From contig CAAGCR010000013.1 of NCBI GenBank assembly GCA_900768425.1, forward strand, positions 1 to 43,128: 43,128 nucleotides of DNA, written 5' to 3'. Made by a program: the position numbers and the translations under genes. Below, in pieces: positions 18,951-26,671 of this stretch. The notes beneath the pieces were generated by a model. It did not search any database, was not told where the DNA came from, and worked only from the letters and a program-made list of their open reading frames with translations. The stretch comes from Clostridia bacterium (GTDB lineage: Bacteria; Bacillota; Clostridia; Christensenellales; UBA1242). Each line of letters begins with the position of its first letter. Within the stretch, counting starts at the first letter, position 1.

Positions 18951-20372
18951 ATGAAAAACAAAAGTATAACAAGTAGAGATGTTGATTTTGCACAATGGTA
19001 TACAGATGTAGTAAAAGCGGCAAAATTGGCTGATTATAGCAGTGTAAAAGGTTGTGTTGTGTTTGAACCAAATGGTAATGCTCTTTGGGAAAAGATGAAA
19101 GAAGTTTTGGATAAAAAGTTTAAACAAACAGGGCACGAAAATGTATATATGCCAGTGTTAATTCCAGAATCTTTATTAAAAAAAGAAGGTGAGTTAATAG
19201 AAGGTTTTGCACCAGAGTGTGCTTGGGTTACACAAGGCGGTAGTTCGGAATTAGATGAGAAATTGGCATTTAGGCCAACATCTGAAACATTATTTTCAGA
19301 TTATTATTCAAAGAAAATAAAATCATATAGAGATTTACCTAAGTTGTATAATCAATGGGCAAATGTAATAAGGTGGGAAAAAGAAACTCGTCCATTTTTG
19401 CGTACACGTGAATTTTTATGGCAAGAAGGTCATACTGTTCACGAAACTGAGCAAGAGGCTGTTGAAGAAACAATCAGAATGCTAAATGTGTATAAAGATT
19501 TCTTTGTTGATTATTTGGCAATACCGGTAATCAGCGGTAAAAAAACAGAAAAAGAAAAATTTGCAGGTGCAGAAAGCACATATACTATTGAAGCCTTAAT
19601 GTATAACGGTATTGCGTTACAAAGTGCTACGAGTCATTATTTTGGTCAAAAATTTGCAAAAGCATATGATATTAAGTTTTTGAGTAGAGATGAAAAATGG
19701 GAATATGCTTATCAAACATCTTGGGGTTCAACAACAAGAATGATTGGTGCATTAATTATGGTTCATAGTGATGATAATGGTTTAGTTTTACCACCTAAAA
19801 TTGCACCAAAGCAAGTTGTTGTTATTCCAATAGGTAAAGAAGATGAAATAAATAAACTTGCTGACAAATATTCTGAGTTATTGAATAATAATGATATAGT
19901 CGCTTATGTTGACAAATCTGAAAAGTCACCAGGTTTCAAATTTGCAGAAGCAGAAGTTAATGGTATACCAGTAAGAGTAGAAGTTGGTATGAGAGATTTG
20001 ACTAATGGAATAATTACATTGGCAAGACGTGATACTGGTGAAAAAATACAAGTAGATAAAGACTGTGATATAGTTGCAGTTGTTAAAGAGTTAATGAATG
20101 ATATCCAAAATAATTTACTTGAAAGAGCAACAAAAAGAAGAAATGAATTAACTTTTGAATGTAAAACCTTAAATGAAGTAGTTGAGCAAATAAACAAACA
20201 ACCAGGTTTTATTAAAGCAGAATGGTGTGGCTGTTTAGATTGTGAACTAAAAATGAAGGAATACAGAGGAATAAAATCTAGATGCATTTTAGATGAAGAA
20301 GTTAAAAATGGAAAATGTGTTGTTTGTGGATGTCATTCAAAATTTAGTGTTATATGGGGTATTCAATATTAA
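18951..20372 (+). CDS. proS: Prolyl-tRNA synthetase, archaeal/eukaryote-like type (no editing insertion; C-terminal Zn-binding domain)
   Basis: GAGGAG RBS. Contains FAQWYTDVVKAAKLADYSSVKGC and FRPTSET. 473 aa ending in WGIQY with Cys pairs. Confidence 0.9.
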   Translation: MKNKSITSRDVDFAQWYTDVVKAAKLADYSSVKGCVVFEPNGNALWEKMKEVLDKKFKQTGHENVYMPVLIPESLLKKEGELIEGFAPECAWVTQGGSSELDEKLAFRPTSETLFSDYYSKKIKSYRDLPKLYNQWANVIRWEKETRPFLRTREFLWQEGHTVHETEQEAVEETIRMLNVYKDFFVDYLAIPVISGKKTEKEKFAGAESTYTIEALMYNGIALQSATSHYFGQKFAKAYDIKFLSRDEKWEYAYQTSWGSTTRMIGALIMVHSDDNGLVLPPKIAPKQVVVIPIGKEDEINKLADKYSELLNNNDIVAYVDKSEKSPGFKFAEAEVNGIPVRVEVGMRDLTNGIITLARRDTGEKIQVDKDCDIVAVVKELMNDIQNNLLERATKRRNELTFECKTLNEVVEQINKQPGFIKAEWCGCLDCELKMKEYRGIKSRCILDEEVKNGKCVVCGCHSKFSVIWGIQY

Positions 20373-20455
20373 CAACTAAATATGGTATATGTATTCATTA
20401 TATAAATACTATATACTGTGTATTATGTTAATAATTTTAAACAAAATAATTATTC

Positions 20456-20484
20456 TTGCATTTGTAAAATATTTATGCTATAAT
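20456..20484 (+). promoter_or_regulatory. Near-consensus sigmaA promoter driving the large ncRNA
   Basis: TTGCAT (20456-61), 17-nt spacer, then TGcTATAAT as an extended -10 (20476-84). The predicted transcription start is near 20491. Confidence 0.7.
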
Positions 20485-20490
20485 AATAAT

Positions 20491-21061
20491 GAAGGTGCAG
20501 TATCCTAGTCATCAAAGTTGTGCTGGAAGGTGATTTTTAAAGCACTGAAGGGCATATCTGTGAAGTTCTTTGTGTTTGCTTTGGTTGCCCAAACTGGGGC
20601 AGATGCTGAGAGTTAAGATTTTTGGGCGGGTTATAATGGCATATAGTCTTTACCCCATTAATCGTGGAGACCTATTTTGGCGAAAATATTAGTTTTTACT
20701 ATTTAGGCGTGAACCTGCATATGACAAACATTGTGTGCAGTGTAGCCTGCCTTGAGTGGATGTATGGGGATATAACGATTAAAACTTACTTTTGTTTTTA
20801 AGCGCTTAACAAAAGAGTAGTTGTGTTATTGAAACGGCATTTGCAAAAAAGGCTAAGGTATAATAATGGTGTTTGGGAAAACCTCTAGGCTGTTGATATA
20901 AAAGATTATGTCAGGCATATTAAGGATTATAGTGCGCTCTTAGTGGCGATTCGGTGAAAAGTCTATGGTTAAAAGGAAACTGCTTTTTGGTGACAAAAAG
21001 TCATATAGATGGGAAATCCAACCGAACCTATGTCGCAAGGTTTACTTAGTATACTACCTTC
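20491..21061 (+). ncRNA. ole: Large (~570 nt) structured ncRNA; candidate OLE-class RNA
   Basis: No + strand ORF of 60 aa or more between 20373 and 21163. G+C is much higher than the flanks: 29 of 60 in 20581-20640 against 9 of 60 in 20401-20460. A terminal helix joins the ends: 20491-96 with 21056-61, and 20499-503 with 21051-55. There are many internal helices, including a GNRA-capped hairpin at 20983-21000. The context (xseAB upstream, a 4-TM protein and argR-recN downstream) matches the published OLE/oapA locus. Confidence 0.65.
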
Positions 21062-21077
21062 TTTATATTAAAAATAA

Positions 21078-21103
21078 AAAAGTCATTTTTATAATGGCTT
21101 TTT
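21078..21103 (+). terminator. Weak hairpin after the ncRNA (probably leaky)
   Basis: AAAAGTCATT (21078-87) pairs with AATGGCTTTT (21093-102), including one G-U and only two G-C pairs. The T-run is short. Confidence 0.35.
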
Positions 21104-21217
21104 AATATATATAAGATATATAGATGTATGTAAAGATATAAAATTATTAGATAAGAATTTTTTTTGTACATAAAAGATAAAGTTGTAATTTGTAAAATAA
21201 AATTAAAAGGGATTATT

Positions 21218-21844
21218 ATGGAAGAAGAACCGAAGCGGTCAAACAAAAAAGTGAAAAAACAAAGCATAAATTTTTGGCCTTTAAAAATTTTGATTCTTGC
21301 TATAGCCTTGTCGTTAGGGTTTAGTTTGTTGTCGGAATATGTTATGGGGGCAACCGGTATAATTATTGCAGTTTTAGTAATTATACTTTTTGTTGCTTTA
21401 TCAATTATAACTGATATGATTGGTGTTGCTGCAACCGCTTGTTCAAAAGAACCTTTTATGGCAATGTGTTCAAAAAAGGTTAGGGGAGCAAAAGAAGGTT
21501 TAATGCTTATAAGAAATGCGGATAAAGTTGCTTCGCTATGCAATGATGTTATAGGTGATGTTTGTGGTATATTGAGTGGTGCTGCTGGTGCTAGTATTGT
21601 CGCAAGAATAACTGTTGATTTCCAAAATGCAAATTTATCAATTTTAGTTGCATCTTTAATTACTGCATTTATTGCTGGGGTTACAATTTTTGGTAAAGCA
21701 TTGGGTAAGCATACTGCCATGGATAATTGTAATTCTATAATTTTAAGAGTTGGGAAGATTTTAAGTTTATTTACTAAACAAAATAAAACTAAAAAGGTAA
21801 AAGACAAGAAAGATAAAAATTTAGATGAAAAACCAAATGAGTAG
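21218..21844 (+). CDS. oapA: 4-TM membrane protein with a Lys-rich tail; candidate OLE-associated protein OapA
   Basis: ATG at 21218 (MEEEPKRSNKK). I count four hydrophobic segments. The pattern DMIGVAATA...GAKEGL...VIGDVCGILSGAAG is faintly CNNM/CorB-like. The gene lies immediately downstream of the ncRNA. Confidence 0.55.
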   Translation: MEEEPKRSNKKVKKQSINFWPLKILILAIALSLGFSLLSEYVMGATGIIIAVLVIILFVALSIITDMIGVAATACSKEPFMAMCSKKVRGAKEGLMLIRNADKVASLCNDVIGDVCGILSGAAGASIVARITVDFQNANLSILVASLITAFIAGVTIFGKALGKHTAMDNCNSIILRVGKILSLFTKQNKTKKVKDKKDKNLDEKPNE

Positions 21845-21922
21845 AAAGTTGTTAAGAATTAAAAATATTTACCATATAAATTATATCGTTTGTGTTTTTT
21901 AAAATGAAATAGTTTATTGCGG

Positions 21923-21949
21923 GGTAGACTTTTGTCTACCTTGTTTTTT
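21923..21949 (+). terminator. Intrinsic terminator of the ncRNA-membrane protein unit
   Basis: GGTAGAC (21923-29), loop TTTT, GTCTACC (21934-40), then TTGTTTTTT. Confidence 0.8.
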
Positions 21950-22228
21950 ATTTTCGTTTATTGGTGGTTAGAGTAGAAGTGTTCCGTCTGTGTTAATATT
22001 TTTTATTAAGGTTTTCAGTGATAATCAAAGAGTAGTTCTTTAATATTGCTGTGTAAGAGATATATTAAACATTGAATAATGTTTAATTATTTTTAATGCA
22101 TATTTTGTTTTGTAAAATGTGTGATGATGTGTAGTCTAAAATAATACAAAATGGTTATGTATAATGCGATTATAAATATAAAATATGTTTTTATAAAAAT
22201 GCGTAAATGTAAATTTTAATAAAAATTG

Positions 22229-22246
22229 CTTGCATAAATATGCATA
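22229..22246. promoter_or_regulatory. ARG-box-like operator (best of several)
   Basis: TGCAT-AAAT-ATGCA at 22231-44: inverted 5-nt half-sites with a 4-nt A/T spacer, the same architecture as the TGAAT-N4-ATTCA ARG box. Weaker copies lie at 22254-67 and 22309-22. Confidence 0.45.
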
Positions 22247-22252
22247 AAACAC

Positions 22253-22281
22253 TTGCATAATTATAAATTGTATTGTATAAT
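22253..22281 (+). promoter_or_regulatory. SigmaA-type promoter of argR-recN
   Basis: TTGCAT (22253-58), 17-nt spacer, TATAAT (22276-81). Confidence 0.55.
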
Positions 22282-22379
22282 ATTCAAAAATGAATGAATA
22301 AACATAAATTTATAAATATGCATAAAGTGCTTCAATCCCTTTAAAATAAAGGCATTGAGAATGTTATAAGGAGGCAAAT

Positions 22380-22832
22380 TTGGCACGCTCATTAAGACAA
22401 TCTAAAATATTAGAAATCATATCTACCAAAGAAATTGAAACCCAAGATGATTTAGTTGCTCAGTTAAAAGCAGCCAATTTTGACATAACTCAAGCAACAA
22501 TTTCTCGTGACATTAAAGAGTTAGGGCTTATAAAAGTTTTGGGGAGCGAAGGTAGGTATAAGTATGCTCTTGTAGAATCTGGTGAGCAAGGTGTAAGCAA
22601 TAAAAATATAAACTTATTTAAAATGTGTGTTATATCAGTAAAAGCAATTCAAAATGTTTGCATTATCAGAACAGTTAAACAGTTTGCTATGGGTGTATGC
22701 TCTTTAATTGATAAATTAAATTTGATTGATGTTATGGGTTCTTCTTGTGGCGATGATTCTGTTTTGGTTTATTTTCCGGATAACACAAAAGCAATTAACG
22801 CAATGAATACTATAGTTGAAATATTAGGATAG
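22380..22832 (+). CDS. argR: Arginine repressor ArgR/AhrC
   Basis: TTG start 5 nt after AAGGAGG. Contains RQSKILEIISTKEIETQDDLVAQLKAANFDITQATISRDIKELGLIK and a C-terminal GDDSVLV motif. Confidence 0.9.
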   Translation: MARSLRQSKILEIISTKEIETQDDLVAQLKAANFDITQATISRDIKELGLIKVLGSEGRYKYALVESGEQGVSNKNINLFKMCVISVKAIQNVCIIRTVKQFAMGVCSLIDKLNLIDVMGSSCGDDSVLVYFPDNTKAINAMNTIVEILG

Positions 22833-22840
22833 ATACATAG

Positions 22841-24529
22841 ATGTTACAAAGTTTAATTATTAAAAATTTTGCTCTTATTAAAGATCAAACAATAGATTTT
22901 AAAAAAGGCTTTAATGTATTGGTTGGTGAAACTGGTGCTGGTAAAAGCCTTATTTTAGATGCTTTGGGTTTTGCTCTTGGCGATAAGGCTAACAAGTTAA
23001 ATTTAAGACATGGTGAAAATAAGATGTTTGTTCAGGCTATCTTTGATGATATTTCTGACAGTGTGAACAATGCATTAAAAGAGAATGGTATTGATTGTGA
23101 AAATGGTGAGAACTTAATCTTTTCTCGTTCTTACACTTTAGAAGGTAAGAATGATTGTAGAATTAATGGTGTGGTTGTTACTACCAATGTTGTAAAAAGT
23201 ATATCATCTTTAATTGTTGATACTTATGCACAAAATGAAAATATTGAACTATTAAAGGTTAAAAATCACTTAACAATTTTAGATAGTTATTTCTTGGATG
23301 ATGTGCTTCCTTTAAAAAATCAAATTGCTAATGAAATTGAGAGTATGAACGAAATCAAAACTCAAATGCAGAAGATTGGTGGAGATAAACAAAATAGAGA
23401 AAGAGAATTAGAGTTACTTAATTATCAAATAAAAGATATTGAAGAAGCTAATTTAGTTGTTGGTGAAGATGAAGAAATTAAAGAAAGAATAAATATTCTT
23501 AACAATTACGAGAAGATTTTTGATGCTTTAAAAATGGCGAATGATGGTTTAAATAATGTTAGTTTAAGCCTTTACAATGTTAAAGCAAATTTGGACTCTG
23601 TATCTAATTATGATTCTAGTTTAAACGATTTTTCTGAGAGGGTTAATTCTGCAAAGATTGATTTAGATGATATAAACGAGTCTATAACTAATAATTTGTC
23701 ATCAATGGAGTTTGATAGTGATGAATTGAATAGATTAGATTCTAGATTGGAAGATATTAAATTATTAAAAAAGAAATATGGTGCAACCATAGAAGATGTG
23801 CTTGCTTATCTAGGGAAAATTAAAGAAGATTATGACAATTTGCTTTTTGGTGAAGAAAAATTATTAAAACTAAGTAAGGAATTGGGCGATGTAAGAAAAA
23901 GTCTTTATTCTAAATGTCAAGAATTGTCAGATGTAAGAAAAAAGATTGCTATTCAAATTGAAGATAAAGTTATGCAGGAGCTAAAATTATTAGGTTTTAA
24001 TAATGCTAAATTTAAAATAAATTTTGCCAAGTTGCCAAATATAGATGATGCAGTTTTCACTTTGAATGGGTTAGATGATGTTGAGTTTTTATTGTCGGCA
24101 AATGCCGGGCAAGAATTAAAAAGTTTATCAAAAACTATATCTGGTGGTGAAATGAGCAGATTTATGTTGGCTCTAAAAAATGTTTTTGCTGACTCATTTA
24201 ATACATCTGTGCTGATTTTTGATGAGGTTGATACAGGTATCAGTGGTGAAATTGGACAGAAGGTTGCAGAAAGGCTTGCTGTACTTTCAAAAAAATATCA
24301 ACTTATATGCATAACTCACTTATGTCAAGTTACTGCAATGGCAGATAATTATATATTTGTTAGGAAGAATGTTGTTGATGGGCAGACATATACGGAGATT
24401 TCGTATCTTGAGGGTGATGATTTGATAAAATATATTGCTGTTGTTTCAGGTGCTACACCAACAGAAGTGGCTTTAAAGTTTGCTAAAGAATTAAAAACAA
24501 AGGCGGATACCTTTAAGAAAAACTTGTAG
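22841..24529 (+). CDS. recN: DNA repair protein RecN
   Basis: Walker A GETGAGKS, signature ISGGEMSR, Walker B LIFDEVDTG, and a long coiled-coil middle region. Confidence 0.95.
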   Translation: MLQSLIIKNFALIKDQTIDFKKGFNVLVGETGAGKSLILDALGFALGDKANKLNLRHGENKMFVQAIFDDISDSVNNALKENGIDCENGENLIFSRSYTLEGKNDCRINGVVVTTNVVKSISSLIVDTYAQNENIELLKVKNHLTILDSYFLDDVLPLKNQIANEIESMNEIKTQMQKIGGDKQNRERELELLNYQIKDIEEANLVVGEDEEIKERINILNNYEKIFDALKMANDGLNNVSLSLYNVKANLDSVSNYDSSLNDFSERVNSAKIDLDDINESITNNLSSMEFDSDELNRLDSRLEDIKLLKKKYGATIEDVLAYLGKIKEDYDNLLFGEEKLLKLSKELGDVRKSLYSKCQELSDVRKKIAIQIEDKVMQELKLLGFNNAKFKINFAKLPNIDDAVFTLNGLDDVEFLLSANAGQELKSLSKTISGGEMSRFMLALKNVFADSFNTSVLIFDEVDTGISGEIGQKVAERLAVLSKKYQLICITHLCQVTAMADNYIFVRKNVVDGQTYTEISYLEGDDLIKYIAVVSGATPTEVALKFAKELKTKADTFKKNL

Positions 24530-24549
24530 TATATTTTATAGTTTTTTAC

Positions 24550-24593
24550 AAAGACTAGAATTAAACATTTGTGTTTAGTTTTAGTCTTTTTTT
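24550..24593 (+). terminator. recN terminator
   Basis: AAAGACTA (24550-57) pairs with TAGTCTTT (24582-89). Inner stem TAAACA pairs with TGTTTA. A T-run follows. Confidence 0.65.
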
Positions 24594-24602
24594 AGGTGGT
24601 AT

Positions 24603-25808
24603 ATGTTAAAAAAATATTTTATTAAATGTGTTGGGATTGTTTTTGCGGTTGTTTTTGTTTTGGTTTGTGTTAATATAAATTTTGTTGCAATATTTGATTT
24701 ACCTAATAGTGTACATATAACACTTAACGACCTAAATGAATTAAATGAAACTTCAACGTTTGGCTCTTATGCATCTGCTGAGTTGAGTGAAAATATCTTT
24801 ACTGTTGGAGATAAACGTGTTCACAATACAAGTCTTTTGGTAAAATTGTTTGGTTTTATTCCTATTAAAAAGGTTGATGCAATCATAGAAGATTCAAAAG
24901 AAGTTTTTTTAGGTGGTATTCCGTTAGGTTTTTCTATAAATACAAAAGGATTAATAGTCGTTGGTGAAAATAGAGTCGCTAATAACAAATCAAAAACGCC
25001 ATTTAAAACAGGTGATATTATAACCAAAATTAATAATGAAAATGTTAATACTCCTAGCGATATATTGAATTTGTTAAAAGAAAGTGATGGAAATCCTATA
25101 AGTGTTGTTGTAAAAAGAAAGGAAGAAGAAAAAGAGATTGTTGTGTTTCCGCAATATGATGAAAATACTGCCGAATATAAACTTGGACTTTGGGTTCGTA
25201 ACGATGCACAAGGGGTTGGTACTCTGACTTTTGTTACTAAAGAAGGAAAGTTTGGTGCTCTAGGACATAATATTTGCGACTACGAAACGGGTGTAGAGAT
25301 TCCTGTTAAAGATGGTGGTATATATTTGTGTAATTTGGTTGGCATAAACAAGGCACAAAAAGGACAAACCGGAGAATTAAGATGTTTGTTTTCGCAAACA
25401 AAAAAGCCAAATGGGGATATATTAAAGAATACAAAATGTGGTGTTTTTGGCACTACTGATAATGCTGAATCTTTGATTGATGAAAATATTTCGGCCCCGG
25501 TTGGTAACAGAATGCTTGTAAAATTAGGAAAAGCAACTTTGGTGAGTTCGGTTAGTGGTATTAGGGAAGAGTACGATGTAGAAATTATTAAAGCAAAATT
25601 TCAACCCGAAACTAGCGATAAAAGTTTTGTTTTTCGTGTTGTTGATAAAAGGTTGATAAATTTAACTGGTGGCATTGTTCAAGGAATGAGTGGTTCACCT
25701 ATATTGCAAAACGGAAAGGTAATAGGAGCTGTTACTCATGTATTTTTGAATGATGCTACTAAGGGGTATGGTGTATATATTGATTGGATGTTGGAAAATG
25801 CAGCATAA
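24603..25808 (+). CDS. spoIVB: SpoIVB peptidase (S55) with PDZ domain
   Basis: N-terminal TM segment, PDZ-like GDIITKINNENV, catalytic regions GALGHN and GMSGSPI. Follows recN as in Bacillus. Confidence 0.9.
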   Translation: MLKKYFIKCVGIVFAVVFVLVCVNINFVAIFDLPNSVHITLNDLNELNETSTFGSYASAELSENIFTVGDKRVHNTSLLVKLFGFIPIKKVDAIIEDSKEVFLGGIPLGFSINTKGLIVVGENRVANNKSKTPFKTGDIITKINNENVNTPSDILNLLKESDGNPISVVVKRKEEEKEIVVFPQYDENTAEYKLGLWVRNDAQGVGTLTFVTKEGKFGALGHNICDYETGVEIPVKDGGIYLCNLVGINKAQKGQTGELRCLFSQTKKPNGDILKNTKCGVFGTTDNAESLIDENISAPVGNRMLVKLGKATLVSSVSGIREEYDVEIIKAKFQPETSDKSFVFRVVDKRLINLTGGIVQGMSGSPILQNGKVIGAVTHVFLNDATKGYGVYIDWMLENAA

Positions 25809-25869
25809 TTTGGATGTTGGAAATTAGCATAAATGATATATTGTAACAAAGTACAACATATATTAATAT

Positions 25870-26490
25870 ATGGTAAATTATAATAGTCAAGCAAAATGTG
25901 TGGCTATAAAATATGCAGTAATTGAGTTCTGGCGAAAAAATAAATTTTTGCTTATTTTGCTTGGTAGTTTAATTCTTATAGCATTGCTGACCGGTGTTTT
26001 TACATCTATAAAGTTATATAATTTAGATAACGATATAGATTTAACCGATTATAGTGTAAAGACAATGGTGGATGGCTCTATTTATTCGTTTAGTTACTTT
26101 TTGCTAAGGTTGTTGTCCTGTCTTATAATAATTGGATTGCTTTTGCTGTTTTCACTTAACAAATTTATGTATTTTCTTGGTGTGTCGCTTATAGTTTATC
26201 GCACATATTTGATAACATTAAATTGCACATTTATTATTATAAAGTATGGAGTGGGTGGGATTTTAAATGCAATTTTGATTATATTGCCTTGTCAGTTACT
26301 GTTTCTTTTTTTAATAACTATTCTTTTTGTGTTGTTTATAGATATGTTTAAACAAAAGAAAGAATGTGGTAGTGTGGATAGTGGTTATTATAAGTTAATT
26401 ATATATCTGTTGTTGTTATTACTTGTTATTGATTTGGTTGAAATAATATTATTGGTGGTTTTTAAACCAACAACAATATTAATTATTTGA
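25870..26490 (+). CDS. Polytopic membrane protein, possibly SpoIIM-like
   Basis: 206 aa with about 5 TM segments. The topology (short N-terminus, TM, loop, clustered TMs) and the neighbourhood near punA/dacF recall spoIIM. No RBS is visible and there is no diagnostic motif. Confidence 0.3.
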   Translation: MVNYNSQAKCVAIKYAVIEFWRKNKFLLILLGSLILIALLTGVFTSIKLYNLDNDIDLTDYSVKTMVDGSIYSFSYFLLRLLSCLIIIGLLLLFSLNKFMYFLGVSLIVYRTYLITLNCTFIIIKYGVGGILNAILIILPCQLLFLFLITILFVLFIDMFKQKKECGSVDSGYYKLIIYLLLLLLVIDLVEIILLVVFKPTTILII

Positions 26491-26510
26491 CAAAAGTGAA
26501 AGAATTTGTG

Positions 26511-26597
26511 ATAATACTATCGGAAGCAAAATTTTGCAAATGCAAAATTTTTAAAATTGCTAACACAATTTTGTTTGCTAACGCAAATGCTTCCTTG
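26511..26597 (+). repeat. 87-bp direct repeat, copy 1 (73-nt cloverleaf-like fold plus T-tract)
   Basis: 82 of 87 positions identical to copy 2. GGAAGCA (26522-28) pairs with TGCTTCC (26588-94) and encloses three hairpins. TTGTATTTTTT follows. Confidence 0.8.
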
Positions 26598-26671
26598 TAT
26601 TTTTTGGTGGCGGCGCAAAAACTCAAATGCCAATGATTACGGCATTGTCGCTTGGTTTGTTGCTTCTTATA

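Noticed and set aside
20491-21061. Whether the large ncRNA is RNase P RNA, tmRNA, 6S RNA, a T-box leader or a group II intron.
   Set aside because: There is no GAGGAAAGTCC-type RNase P CR-I element; only GTGAAAAGTCT is present. There is no tRNA-Ala-like acceptor end or tag reading frame, which excludes tmRNA. It is far too long for 6S RNA or a T-box, and the next gene is not an aaRS or amino-acid gene. No intron-encoded protein or domain V-like motif is seen.
21046-21807. 253-aa ORF on the - strand, the longest antisense ORF in the window. It overlaps the oapA-like gene and the 3' end of the ncRNA.
   Set aside because: It is a shadow ORF of the + strand membrane-protein gene. It has no RBS and a low-complexity hydrophobic, Ile/Phe/Lys-rich translation. 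It would run into the structured RNA and its terminator. The + strand gene has a coherent TM topology and operon context.
26522-26594. The 73-nt cloverleaf in repeat copy 1 (and its twin at 26683-26755) as a tRNA or tRNA pseudogene.
   Set aside because: The loops are 4-6 nt. There is no GG in a D-loop, no TTCRA T-loop and no 7-nt anticodon loop. Composition is extremely A/T-rich. The tRNA-like outline appears to be coincidental or reflects a different function.
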